DNA of 64,000 nucleotides, from assembly GCF_000497125.1 (NCBI RefSeq), contig NC_090601.1, positions 1,488,001 to 1,552,000 on the forward strand, in the 5' to 3' direction. The first letter of the stretch is position 1, and each line of letters opens with the position of its first letter. This DNA is from Spironucleus salmonicida. Taxonomy: Eukaryota. Both the position numbers and the translations under genes were made by a program. The notes under the pieces are model-generated. The model made no database searches. It saw only the letters and a program-made list of their open reading frames with translations, and was not told the origin of the DNA. Shown one piece after another: positions 50,660-63,706 of this stretch.

Positions 50660-51178
50660 ATGGGGGGAAAACTATTTTTCACTGTATTCGTACTGCTATT
50701 ATCTTTATTCGAAATAGACTATTTTGGTATATTAAAACATATAGAATGTTAATCTTTAACCACTGTGAATAACTAAATTAGTAAAAATTTATTGTAAATT
50801 CAAAATAAAATTTCTAAATATATTCCGATAAATCTAGGCATTAAAAAGTTGGAAATATAATCTTTATCTATGAGAAAATCTAATACATCAGATAACTATG
50901 TCATGTAAATGAACTTAAACTTTCAGTTCTTTTTTAAAGCAAAAATCACTACTAAATTAGTTGATTTTGAAGTTTTGTACAACAAATTGATTACAATAAG
51001 ATCATTTTCAATTCATTTTAACTTTAGAAACAATAAATTTCGTATCTGCGGTTTTGAAATAGAAGGAGATTTTGGTTTTGATAATAGCAACCAACTAATT
51101 ACAGCTATCCTAAATAGATTTGTTGGAACTGAGTTTGCAGCTAATACTGACCACTCAAATGACTTCTCTTATAGCTGA
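50660..51178 (+). CDS. Hypothetical protein with N-terminal signal/TM segment (172 aa)
   Basis: MGGKLFFTVFVLLLSLF..., in frame with the 50909-51178 ORF. Confidence 0.7.
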
Positions 51179-51925
51179 AGCGATGAATTCACTGACAGTA
51201 TTCTCACCATATTCTCGCACAAAATCGTCTAGTTCTCCTTTTCGTTACTCTCTCAAAGTATTCAACTTCCCTGCCCAAATTTACTAATGTAACCCTAATA
51301 ATCTTTTTTGTACCCCTGTAATTTTTGCTTCGCTTTCCAGCTATCCAGTATCATTTAAGCTACTAAAAAGACCCAAACATGAAAAATCCCTTGCATGCTA
51401 GCAGTAAATTCGCATTATATCATGTCCAGAGGCGTTAAAATCGCAAAATCCGAATGATTTTTGAGGAATTTTGGCTATAAAATTTAACGTAAGTTAGTCA
51501 GGAAACCCTTTTCCAGTGACTAGTAAATATTTGTTACTAAGTGCTCCCAGCTTGCTAAAAATAGTATCTTTTTCAATAATAATAGTGATTTTATCAGCAG
51601 GTACGCTGAATTCTTGGATTAGCTCAACTTTATTTTTATACATAAAAAGACCTTTCGCCGAAGTAGTAAAGTTAAGAAAACGCTTTTGTATATTGAGTTA
51701 TATCTATAGCTAACGTAAAATAGAGTTGGAAATAACTTGAGTCGGAAAAATATCAGGAAATTGATAGTATAGTGCTCTAATATTCATTGTGTCGTTATTG
51801 GTGATTAGTATAATTGATATGGTAAGGATATGAAGTTTACGAGTGATAATAATTTATTTATGTAGCGGAAATGGGTTTTAAACTAGTGAATACATCTCTA
51901 GCAGAAGCTGATCAAGTATTTACAT
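51155..51925 (-). CDS. SPO11: Spo11 / topoisomerase VI A-like protein (256 aa)
   Basis: NIRALYYQFPDIFPTQ, IIIEKDTIFSKL, LVTGKGFPDQLT, FCDFNASGHDI, KGELD. Confidence 0.9.
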
Positions 51926-51963
51926 AAAAAATAATGAAATGGAATTAGATTAAAAAGAGTGAA

Positions 51964-52239
51964 TCACATACCTAATTTTTGTTTAAAGTCAAAATTCTAT
52001 TCTTTACATTTTTCGTTATCGTCTTTAAGCTCTTAAACTATATTATCATTTGACAGCAAGATAAAATTGGCACCATTCATAAGGTAAGATTAGCCTTATT
52101 ATTGAGATAAATAGTCAATAGCTTCGTTATTAGATTACATTCTAAAATTGTTGATAACAACTTTCTACTTTGCTTCCAAGCGGAAACTATCTGTCATTTC
52201 ATAATCAATGTAATCCATTAAAGAAACGGAAAGCAGCAT
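51964..52239 (-). CDS. Small hypothetical protein (91 aa; start uncertain)
   Basis: MLLSVSLMDYIDYE...FKQKLGM*. Confidence 0.45.
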
Positions 52240-52466
52240 ATAAAATACTATATGTGAAGGGACTAATAGTGATGTAAACAAGTACAAGTGAACAATTTAT
52301 TCAGCATACCACTATACTTAAATTGTATGCCACAGATCACTACAAGAATTAAATCTTTCAAATATTCTGCTCATATGAAAAGCTTCTAACTATACAAAAT
52401 ACTTTTCCCCATATCCAACTATTATATGTATAATATTGTATTCCTTCCATTCTTTCACTCCTTAAA

Positions 52467-55157
52467 ATGGAGCAGCTTCTCTTAAAGTCAATTGTGCGAA
52501 ACAACATTGAAAACTATCTGCAAGATTTTGCTATTACACTCCCCTATGTTAACGAATCCCTACAGCTTAAAATATTTTGCGACGACAACAAGGTCTTCGT
52601 AAACGATTTTGTCGTTTAGGAAGCCGCCGAAATCACCCAAATCGAGCTATTCTTCTCAGAATTTCATACCTCGTTCCTCCTTTAACTGAACAAGAAAGAT
52701 ATCCACTCCTTTATCACAGATGAAAACACGGGTCTTTTCGCCATCTCCTCGTCCTCTAATATCCCCGTTCAGTTCCTGTGCCTCTACAAGCAATTTTTCC
52801 TTTCCTTTCCACTGAAAAAATCGTCCCCTTCCAAAAACTGCGTAGAAACGCTCGAGGACGAGAGCTGGTGCCCCGCTTCCTACAACCGAACTGACGCAGA
52901 TTTCGAGCATTTCGGCGCAAACTTTGGCAGGCGGGACCTGCAGTACCCGCCTGCGAAGCTCCGCGAAGTCGAAGGCCTGTGGCTTTTAGAGCCTGAAACG
53001 GTCAAAAATCCATTCGAAGTCGCTCTAATTCCTGTAGAATTTACGACGATCAAGTACGCCTTCCAGTATTTCAGTTTCATTTTTGCAGTTTTCGAGGGCA
53101 GTACGATCATTTTTACACGCGAGAGCGGCCTTTTCAGCATGTGCTGCGAGTTTCCGTTCGAATTCAAGTAAAATAAGGAAGGGAAGATCGGATTTGCTGG
53201 TTTTGAGGTTGAGTTCAGCGCCAGTTTCGATGTAGTGAAGCTTTAGGACCGCAAAATCGTCAAGGGTGACGTGTATCCGTTTTACGATGTTTCCATCATC
53301 GGCCAAAAAATTAGCTGTGGCGATATTTTTGATAATAAAGCTTATTTAGCGTATAATAATGAGTTTAAAATTTTCGAGATTTCCGCTTCTGAAATTATAG
53401 GTTTAAAGGCTCCTGAGATCGCAGGCTTCACTGGTGAAGAAGAGCAGGTTCTTATTAACGATTAAAACACTCACTAACCGGCCAAAGTTGTGGATTTAGA
53501 GGACATGCAGGATGGCTACGACATCAACAACGAAACAGACCTTTTCAGGTCGGATTTCAGTTAGCCGTACGCTGAATCGTTCAAATCGCAATTGATTGAA
53601 ACTGTTGAATTGAATTTTGTCGTGTTATTTAAACTATGTCATGACATTTTCTTAGGCGTTCGCGGTGCTGAAATCGTTATTTTCCGTCCTTCAACTTCTA
53701 CAAAATTCACCGTTTCTGATGATGTTCTGAACTGGTAAATATAAAATTAGCAGCTGTAAATTTTTACGAATAACTCAATTATATCACCATTTTTTGCTCT
53801 TAATTTCAACTTTTTTGCTTTTAATCACGGAATTAACACAGTTAATGTCAATTAAAATTTCTGCTACAAGAACCAGCCTTTATTTTATTACCCAAACGCT
53901 GATTATGGAACTGTTTAGCAAATCGCGCGCATAGATTCTATTTTAGAAGAAAATGACTTACTTTTCATCATAATTTCGTCAGTTTTGTCTATTTTTAGAA
54001 GCGGAAAGCTAATTTTTACGCAATTTGTAGAAAATAACATGAAGCTTATTTCATTTTCAAACTATGAACTCAAGCTATTCTCAACCTTAAATCACTATAC
54101 AGAAACTCGAAAAATCAGCGTACTTTTCTACGACTTTTTGAACTCACTATTATTATGTAATGATTTCGAATAGTTCATAAACTTGATCCCATTTTCCCGT
54201 TTCTCTATAACTTCTTTCAAACATGAAAACATGATTGATAATGTTCTGAAGCTCTCAAATTCGCAAATTAACGAACTCACAGAACTCGCTGTTCTGCCTC
54301 CAGCAGAACCTTTTTAGTTCTACGATGCGGATTACGAAATTTAATTTTGGACTTTAGTTTTGGAGCGAAAATTCAAAATTGATTTGAATTCTTAAAATTT
54401 AAAAACTGCTCCAGAAAATGAACTTTTAGCCTACAATTTGACTGCGCTAATAGCCATTTCTTTCTCTTTCAAGCACTGGCCAGAGAACAATTTTGCGCGC
54501 GAAATTTGCCTCAAATGCGCGCTTTTCAAGTACATGAAAAACGAAAAATTTGATGTTCTTATGGGCCGCTTTTTCGACGCAGAAGAAGTGGAAAATCAAT
54601 ATGAAATTGTAAATTCCGGAAGCGTTATCGCCGGAAATGTCGACGTTTTTGCGCTTCGCGGCGGATGTTCCTTCAACGAAGCCGTCGCGCGACAGCAAAT
54701 TTCGTTCCTTTTTCCACTCCCTTTTAGTGCAGAAAACGCGCGTTTAGCAGTTTTAGCGCACCAGGAAAACGCGTCTTATGACCGTCTCCTCCTCCACTGG
54801 TTCATCACATAGAACGATTTGAAGCACGAAATTTCGGACGCTTTCCCAGATTTTTGTGTTAGCAAGTTTGTGTAGAATTTATAAGAATATCAGCAAGTTT
54901 GCAGGCCAAAATTCGAGCTAAAAAGCGTTGTTTCTGACTGCGAAAAGTACTGCTTCGAGAAGGAGCGGAAAGTTGTCGATTGGGATAAGGAAGAGGATAA
55001 GCAGTATCAGCGTTTTTAGCGAAAAATTGCAGAATGGGAAGAAGCGAAAGCTGAGTTTTCAGCGAAATTGGCTTCTTGGGAGGCGGAGCATTTCGAGGAT
55101 TTGCTGATAGGCGAGTACAAAGTAGCAGTTAACTTAGAAGAGAAACACCTGTAGTGA
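52467..55157 (+). CDS. Hypothetical protein (896 aa)
   Basis: One frame links the track ORFs at 53271, 53985 and 54438. C-rich tract upstream, TAG-TGA end. Confidence 0.8.
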
Positions 55158-55850
55158 TATGGTTTTGGATGTGAATGGTTCAGTTTGTTTTTACACATTT
55201 TTCATTTTTTGGAATAGTGGGGCGAAATTTTGGCGCTCAAAATTACGGGTTAAATAGAATTCGAAGCAATAAAAAGTATTGCAAAGACTGGTTCAAATGC
55301 TGTAAAGTTAACTTAAATTTAATCGTATGGTATTCAATAGGATGCTTTGGAAATTAAACTTATTATAGCTAAAAGTAAATAAATTTGTAGATATTTGATT
55401 AGACTATTTATTGTTTTTATTAAATTAAAACTCGCTAATACAAAGTTATATTATGTTATAAAGAGAATTCCTCAGATTAATATTTATGTTATTTCTCCAG
55501 TTACGTGGGATATTTATATAAGAGTTTCTTTTCGTATTATAATAGTTATACATATAATTAATAAAGAAACTTATTTTATGATGATTAATTTTGATTTATT
55601 TGCTAGACGTTTTATTTTCATTTAACTGTAATATAATAATTATTATATTAAATTACTTTGCTATTAAATAAGGATTTTAAATAAATAATTTATATATTTT
55701 ATATAATACGACAGAACCTTTTTATGTAACCTGTATTTCAATATTAAGATTGTATCTTTTTATATATAAAGTAAAAGAAACAATAACCAATAAACTAAAT
55801 TAACAATGAATCACATAATATATCGATTTATAATTATATATGCAGCAAAA

Positions 55851-57740
55851 ATGACGAAGGACTTTGGCCTAGATGACTATCACCTAGCTTAGTGTAAAAA
55901 CCAGCATAGAATATCTCAATATACAAGCATCCTCTTCAAATAGTATAATATTGAGTCAGATATTGATTCTTCATTAATGCATCTTTTTTAGTCATAACTG
56001 TTTACTAAAATTACGTAATAGCTATAAATTCAAGTTCCAACTGTTAGTAATATCAATTTGGGTGTGTTTAATGAGATAGTATTAAAAATTTAAACCTAAA
56101 TTTAGAAAGACCAATAAGAAAAATATAACTCCTTTTTAAATTGTTACGAGGTATTAGCAGCTCATTTTAACATTTATGATATGGAACTTACCTTTTACAA
56201 TATGTTAAAAAATATTTTATAAATTTATTAGCAATTAGAATAATCTGATAATTTCCCATCTTTTGATTTTAATAACAATGATATTTTAAAGCATATTCCC
56301 ACTTAAGCTGAGATATAAACATTTATCAGCATTAGTGGAGCAGACTGTTTATCAGTCATTGATATTAATAATAATTTAGAACATGAACCTAAGTTTTATT
56401 CAAATAATTTATGGGCAGTTTATATTCTTCTTACTCTATCATCATTATCATTATCTTTATAAATTATAAATGCAATCTATTATATTGCTTACCGTGGTGC
56501 TACTGCTTCGGATATCTCTAATCTTAGTTCGTACTTTAATTTAGTATAAATACCTTTCAGTATATTTTGGCTTTGGATTTCAGATAAAATAGGCAGAAAA
56601 ACTGTGTATATAATAATAAACATAATATACGCCCTTACTAGTATACTTTTTATAATAATATCTTATATAGTAGATAATTAAATTGCAATTATTGTTATGT
56701 AAACTCTTCGTGGCTTATAGGGAAGTGGCGCAGTTCTAACTCCTATTTCATTTTTAATGGCTACTGATCTGGCACCTCCAAAAATTCGAGGATTTGTAGT
56801 TGTTTTAGTAAATGTATTTGCGCTTACAGGAAGTTTATTATCTTTTGGTGTGCAATTTCTGTTTTCCGCTTTGCCAAAATACAAAACCACACCAGAGATG
56901 ACATTTTAGGAGATATTTCTAAGAATTTCTTTCTCTTTCTTTGATTCTTAAATCACTGCTATGCTTCTTTTCGTTTTAAACTTACTTATTGCCATTTGCT
57001 TTTTGAAGGAAAGCTCGTAATCTGTTAACCTTAAAAGATATTTAAAGAAAAATAAGTTATTAGTTAAAACAAAAAAAATTGCGGTGAAACAGAAGCTGAT
57101 AATTAATAAGAATATAATTATTTTATTTCTTGGTTATTTATTTTCTTTAACTGCAGATAATAATTTACGTATAGGTGGAAATTATTACATTCTAAAAAGT
57201 TATGGATTTACCAATCCTAACGAATCTAAAGAATTTTTATCTACAGTTTCTATAGTAGCCTTAGCTATTGCAATTCTTTTAGTATCATTTGGAACTAAAT
57301 TTTTAATCAATAAAATTGGTGAATGTAGAGCTATTATTTTAGCTTAGTATTTATCAATCGGGGAAGCTATTATAAATTTTTCAATAAATCCTCCGTTAAA
57401 TCCAAACATTATGTATTTAACAATTACAACAAGTACTATTGCATCAATTTATTCTGATTCACTATTTCTATAGCTACTATCTATGTATACACGTCCAGAA
57501 ACAAGAGGGAAAGTTATGGGATTATTTTAAATTGGAAATTCCATAGGAAGAACTTCAGCTGGCTTTATTGTAGGATAAATGTAAAATTACAATTATAGAA
57601 ACACTCTTATATTAAATACAATGTTTTAATCAACATGTTTATTCTTAGTTGCTATTTTGAATCCACCACTATAAAGAACAGAGATGGATGAAGCTTAAAA
57701 ATAAAAAGAGGAAAATCAGCGAAGAAATTTATTGATTTGA
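55851..57740 (+). CDS. Major facilitator superfamily transporter with N-terminal extension (629 aa)
   Basis: Motif A WISDKIGRK, ATDLAPPKIRG, ETRGKVMG, many TM segments. Confidence 0.9.
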
Positions 57741-58158
57741 ATACATTTTAAATATTTACATGTAATGTTACCATTCAAATAATAATTATAATATATACAA
57801 ATGCATCTATCATCTGACCTTAAAACTTCATTATTAGTATATTAATATATAATTATAAATTTAATTGAGTACGGGTTGAAAGTTATTTTATTTTTTATTT
57901 ATTGCATTATTTTTCATATATTTTATTATTAAAATAATAAAAACTACATTCCAAAGCATAAGTTATTGCGTCTCTGTATCTTTTATTATATAGGTTCTTA
58001 TGTATAATGATAATACTACTGGTTTTATTTTTAATTTCTAAGTTTAATGTAAATTATATTATTATTTTTATACAATCTTTTTTCTATATAAAAGCATAAA
58101 GTGAGTATTAACATAAATATATAAATATTGCTTTAAATATTTATCTTATTCTTAATAA

Positions 58159-58434
58159 ATGAAACGCATTTACCAACGCTGGAATGAACAATAAATAGAG
58201 TAATTGCTTACTTTAGTTTCAGCATAATTAGCAACAGGAAATACCAGAATCAGTTGGAAAGTGATTTCAACTGAAATAGATAAGACACCTAGATAATGTT
58301 TCGATCTTTGGACTCAAAAATGTAAAAATTCAGTTCAAGAACCACAAAAACATAGCATTCTTTATATTCCTCTTCTCAATTTTACCGAAGAAGAATATAC
58401 TATAGACTACAATTTCAATTTTGAGTTAGATTGA
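58159..58434 (+). CDS. Single-repeat Myb-like protein (91 aa)
   Basis: RWNEQQIEQL...ISWKVISTEIDKTPRQCFDLW. Confidence 0.87.
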
Positions 58435-58605
58435 TAAAGTAATATTTTCATTTCTTAACATTTTTATCACGTTTTACAATCAATAGTACCAATATTTTAT
58501 TCTATAATACAAAATGACAACTAATTCATAAAATTATCTTTTATCACTAACTTGGTTCAGCTATAGCTCATATCAATACATTATTACATTAACAGTAACA
58601 AAAGA

Positions 58606-58953
58606 TCAATATCCTTGCTTTATTTAATTCTCCTATTCTTCTAAAAATTCTGTTTCGGCATCACTAAACTCTTAAACTGCATACAGAAGAGCAGCTTTAA
58701 TAATAGTTTTAGGTTATAATTCGTCATTGTGGATCCTTAATTAATATTGTTGAACCCTACTTAATGGAGCTAAAGTTGTGGTTGACTACTAGCATATATC
58801 TAGTGAAACTTATGACTCTTAATTAGCTTAATTATCTTACATTAGTATATTTCTAGTAAATATGTTATTGCCTTGTTAACTAATGAAATCATGTTATTCA
58901 ATTTAAGAGTTAAAAGGATTGCCTTGCATATCTATAGATTCGAAGCATCCCAT
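58606..58953 (-). CDS. Small protein with dual-acylation start MGCFES (115 aa)
   Basis: MGCxxS motif, open frame to TGA. Confidence 0.65.
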
Positions 58954-59171
58954 TTTTAAAGAATTATTTTTATTTATGTAATTAATTCTTATTAAATATT
59001 ATTTAATCTACTCATACACTCAGCTGCCTAATATATATTAATTCAATAACTATAAATAGAAACTTAATTGACAAACTAATTATACTCTGAAGCTAATATT
59101 ATATTAAAAATTAAAAAAATATGTCGAAATAGCTTGATTTTAATCCATTTATCATAACCAAATCCCCCAAC

Positions 59172-60095
59172 TCATTCTAGCGCAACTCTAGCAACCCTTT
59201 TTGCGGTTCCATCGCTCCTGATTTAATAGCTTGAAATTTTACCTTTAGCTAATATTTGAAGCTCGCCATTCAAATGAAACTCCACCAAATGATATTCACC
59301 TTCAGATACCCATTTAATCAATGTTGTAGCCCTCTGTTCTTGTCTTAAAAGTTTGACCATCTTACTTATATTTTTAATATTCTAAAAGTCAAAAATATGA
59401 ACTGTACCATGTTCAGAAGATACCGCCAGAAAATTTTCGTTAAAGGCAATATTGACAATTTTAGATTTATTTTCACCTCTACGTATTGTTTGTACAGTTT
59501 TTAAATGGTTTTTTTCTAGTACATTTACTGTTTTGCCAGCTTCTGACCCCGAAAATACAAATTCTTCAGATATGAGTAAACACGTTAAATTAGATTAGGA
59601 TACTTAACTTTGAACAGAATTTATCTCAAATTTAATAAAATTTATTCTTGTAAGCTCTAATACCCCTTATTTTGGAGAAGTCAAAATTTCCAAAAATTAA
59701 CTGTTGCATAAGGCAGAGAAAGGTGTTTGCAGACAATTTATTTCGATTGTTAAAGCAAGACTTGGAATTTCATATACCTAAACTGATTTCTCAGTTTATA
59801 AAAATAGGAAATCTCCAATAAACTTAAAGTGGTTAAGTTGTGAATTAATTTCTATTTCTGCTAATATTGATAGAGTATTGTCATCAATAATAGTTATAAT
59901 TGATTTATTATCAATATATAAAGCTAAAATAGCGCTATTTTGCTTCATCGCAATTTTGCTTACTTTTTACCCGATATTGACAGTTCTTAGTAGTTTAAAA
60001 GGTGAAGTTTAAAATATTTAGTAACCTGTATCAGTTGATTTAATCAAAAATTATGCCAACTCATTAAATACAAATGATTTGATCCCTTTACCCAT
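59172..60095 (-). CDS. ATG18: PROPPIN (Atg18/WIPI-like) beta-propeller (307 aa)
   Basis: GYQIFQTSPF, SGSEAGKTVNV, IRRG, FLAVSSEHGTVHIF. Confidence 0.85.
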
Positions 60096-60218
60096 TTTTA
60101 AATTATTTATTATATATTGATGTATAATAGTATTAACTATATTCTATCAAGTAATTTACTTCTAACTATAATTAATAAATATTTACTAAATAAAATATAA
60201 TTATTACATTAAAAAATC

Positions 60219-60512
60219 TCACTATTCCTTTTTAATCTCTAAAATCCTTATCATTTCAATTATTTCAAGTTATTTCTATTCAATTTTCAATGCAAAATCC
60301 CAAAATATTGCGTTAGGTAATTTTTCTCCATTCAGAAACTTGTATTTTCCTTTATATTTTTCCTTATCCTTGTTTATTAAATTTATTGCCTATAGAGCAT
60401 TAAGGATATCATATAACTTCTTCTACTCAATTTGAGTTCCTCTTTGTATTTATTAAAATGAGCAAATCCCTTATTAAGCAATATAGATTGCAACCTTTTC
60501 AGTTTCGTTCAT
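60219..60512 (-). CDS. Minimal E2F/DP-like winged-helix protein (97 aa)
   Basis: KKLYDILNALQAINLINK resembles RRxYDxxNVLxxxxLIxK. Short coiled coil follows; TAG-TGA end. Confidence 0.7.
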
Positions 60513-61333
60513 TTATTGGTTAGTAGGGATAGTAATTATTTAAAAATATTAGAATATCATTATTACTACTTTAAATTATTATGATTTATGGTATGGTTAT
60601 TTTTACTATATTTGTAGATGTATATTATTTAAACAATCAAGTAATACTTGATTTCAAAATAAATAATATGTTAAATTAGGATATTATTTCCATTTTAACT
60701 TTTAAACTAAGCACCCCTTGTAATATATTCTCTATTTACTACAATATACTTATCATATTTTATATGAATGTATTTTTTCATTTAGAACCTCTATTGCATG
60801 TAACTATTTATAAATAATTAATGATAACCTGACATTATTATATCTGTAAAGTTGTTATTTGCTATTTTGGAATAATATTATATCATTATTGACCTTATTA
60901 TATTATAAATAATTAAACTACACGTATCACCAGTATGAATTAAATAAATCATTTTCAAATAATACTAAATTCTAGGTGATATTCATAGTTTATTAATCAA
61001 TATATCCCGATTAATATCTAGATTTTTAAAGCTGCCTAACTACTACTAAAATGATATTATGACTAAAAGACAATAGTAAAAATTTAAGTGCTATAATTTT
61101 TAATATGAAAACATACACTGCAGATTGTGACTAAATAATTATAACCGTTATAAATATTGAAAAATATAGTTTTATATATTTATAGTAAAATAAAGTTACT
61201 TGATTATATTATTCAGTTGCATAGTTACGTTAAGTAGGAACTTCATTATTGTAAAAATAAAAAATTAAAATTTAATAAGTATCCGATATCTTAATAATAT
61301 ATGTATGATATTATAATATTAAATTTTTTAATA

Positions 61334-63613
61334 ATGACAGAATAAAGGAAACTTGCAGTTCCGATTGACTAGAAATTACGAGATAAAGTCCTTAAATCTC
61401 TACAAAAGGCAGGAGATTTATCTACTGTTTCAATAGCACATGATGAATTTAAAACAATGATTAATAATTTAGAGACACCTTCGCAGTTCAAAACTTTTAT
61501 CTCTTATATAACATAAACGACGTCCTTATAACCAATACTTATGCGAAAATCTACATTTTTAGTTCTAGATGATTTAATTAAAGCCCATCTTCATCAAATT
61601 GCACCATTTTTTATAAATATATTAAATTTCTTAATAAAGCGCATGTAAGATCCAGAAATCACTCTTATAACATATTAATAATAAATTGCTAAATCATTTG
61701 AACAACTCACAATTTTATCAAATTCATCAGAAAAGCATCAGTTGAAACTGTTCGAAGAATTATCCTTCGCGGCTTAAAAATAATCATTTCTTACAAAAAC
61801 TATTGCTTTTGACGCATTTTCTTATTAAATTCAATTTTCTACTCCTTTTTTAAAAGTATCAGAACTAGGGAATCTTGCAGTTCAGACAGCCAAAAATTAT
61901 CACGACAAACTAAGAAATCGATTGCAATATAATTCACTTTATGTTATTAATTTACTTTTGGATATCAATTTTTTCCATTCCCAACTGGCAGAAATTGCCA
62001 TAAAGTCATTGCATTTGACATTTCATAAAACACGTGAACAAGCTTTTTTAATTCTTGAGAAACTCGTTCTGGCAGGGTTTTTTGAAGAAAATCTGACAGC
62101 TGCGAAGCAGATTTTTCTAAAAATATAGACACTAAAATATGACTAAGTTAGTGACGTCAGAGTCGCAGGATTTCGTTGCAGCAACCTTTTTAAGGAGTTT
62201 TTAAGCACAAAAATGAGCTAATTTATCGATGATTTTGATGCTAAAAACGAACCTAAAAAATGTAGTTTTAGGGAATTTCGGGATCGAATTAGCTGTGTTG
62301 ATAGAAATGCCAAAAGAAACGGTCTTAACAAGTTTAATGAGGTAGAAGAAAGAAGGAAATAAGAGGATGGGGTTGATGATTTTGGTTAATGGAAAGCGGA
62401 AATCAATAAAATAAAATAAGTCTAAATGGAATAAAAAGTAGAGAAAGTTGAAAAATCACAAGACTAGCTTGAAAGTTTTAGTTATAAAGAGTAATAGGAG
62501 GAAACTTATGAAAATATTGAAGAGAGTGGAGATGTTGAAACTGAAGGTATAGTAAGCAAAACTATAAGTGATGTCGAGGAAGAAACTATACAAGAATAAG
62601 AAGATGAGCATGGCAGCTCTAGTGGGTTGTCTGAGGATTCAGCGAAGATTATATCATATAAAGCTGATAATAATGATTTTGTAGAAGCTTTCACGCCAGA
62701 ACAAGAAATTCTTTCTGTATTGCGAGGCAGTAGCTAGAATACTGAATATTATGGTGATTTGCCGATTGAAGGAGAAGTTAATTCGATACTTAGTAGTGTT
62801 AAATCAAATAAAACTGGCCCGCCATCATCTATTTTATCACCTTCAAACCCATCTAAAATTATGTTTGATAGTAGTTCAAATTAAAAATCATAATAAGAAG
62901 TTACTTTGTAAAGTTCTATTTAACATTACCCTGAACAGAAAAATTTATAGAATTTTAGTAGTATACAACCAGTTGATAGTATGTTTTAATCAGTTTAACA
63001 TTCAATTAATTAATCTGATTTAAATGAATAATTAAAGAATCAAATTATGGATTCTTAAAAGGAGTTTCTAAATAAATAGCAGCTTTTAGCTCCTATACCA
63101 AAGACAAAAATAGAAAAATAACTATAAAAATATTAAAATACAAGTACTTAAAATTTAAAATTAACAGCTAGTCAAAAAATTAAAGTATCTAGAAGTTTTG
63201 TTCCATAAGTTTAAACTACATTTGGGGTAGTGGCATTGTAGTTGATTGAGAAGGGAAGAATTTTAGAGGCTTATTAAATTATTTTAAGTACAGAAGCTTT
63301 ATCGAATAAAAATTATTAAAAAGAGTTGCTTCAAGTTATGAATAGAACTGGACCGTGCTTATAAATGTTAGATGAAGAGTTAAGCATACAGCTAATAGAA
63401 GAAATAATAAAGTTGTTAAAAGATGGATTTGTGGATTAAATGTTGGAATGGATTAGGTAAGTACTAATAAAACGATATTTGCTTAAATTTGAATAGGGTA
63501 GCTAGATCTTGGCTAGTTTAATGAAAATTTGGGCTGGACATCCTAGATGGAGCGAAATTGAGCAACTCAAGCAAGAAGTATATTTATATTTCCCATAGTT
63601 ATCTGATTATTGA
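61334..63613 (+). CDS. TORTIFOLIA1/SPIRAL2-like HEAT-repeat protein (759 aa)
   Basis: LRDKVLKSLQKAGDLSTVSIAHDEF, IKRMQDPE, KYDQVSDVR, and C-terminal EAYQIIL...LLQVMNRTGPCLQML. Confidence 0.75.
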
Positions 63614-63706
63614 ATATTTATAGATCAATTGTTTGTATACTGTATAATTTTAAAATAGTAGCAGAATTATATTATATGATAAATAATAATTTAATACTCC
63701 ATAAAA

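Noticed and set aside
55158-55850. TGA-readthrough fusion of the 896-aa gene with the MFS transporter (same frame, no TGA between)
   Set aside because: With one stop codon such open stretches arise by chance. The upstream gene ends in the AGTGA signal and most of the spacer looks non-coding.
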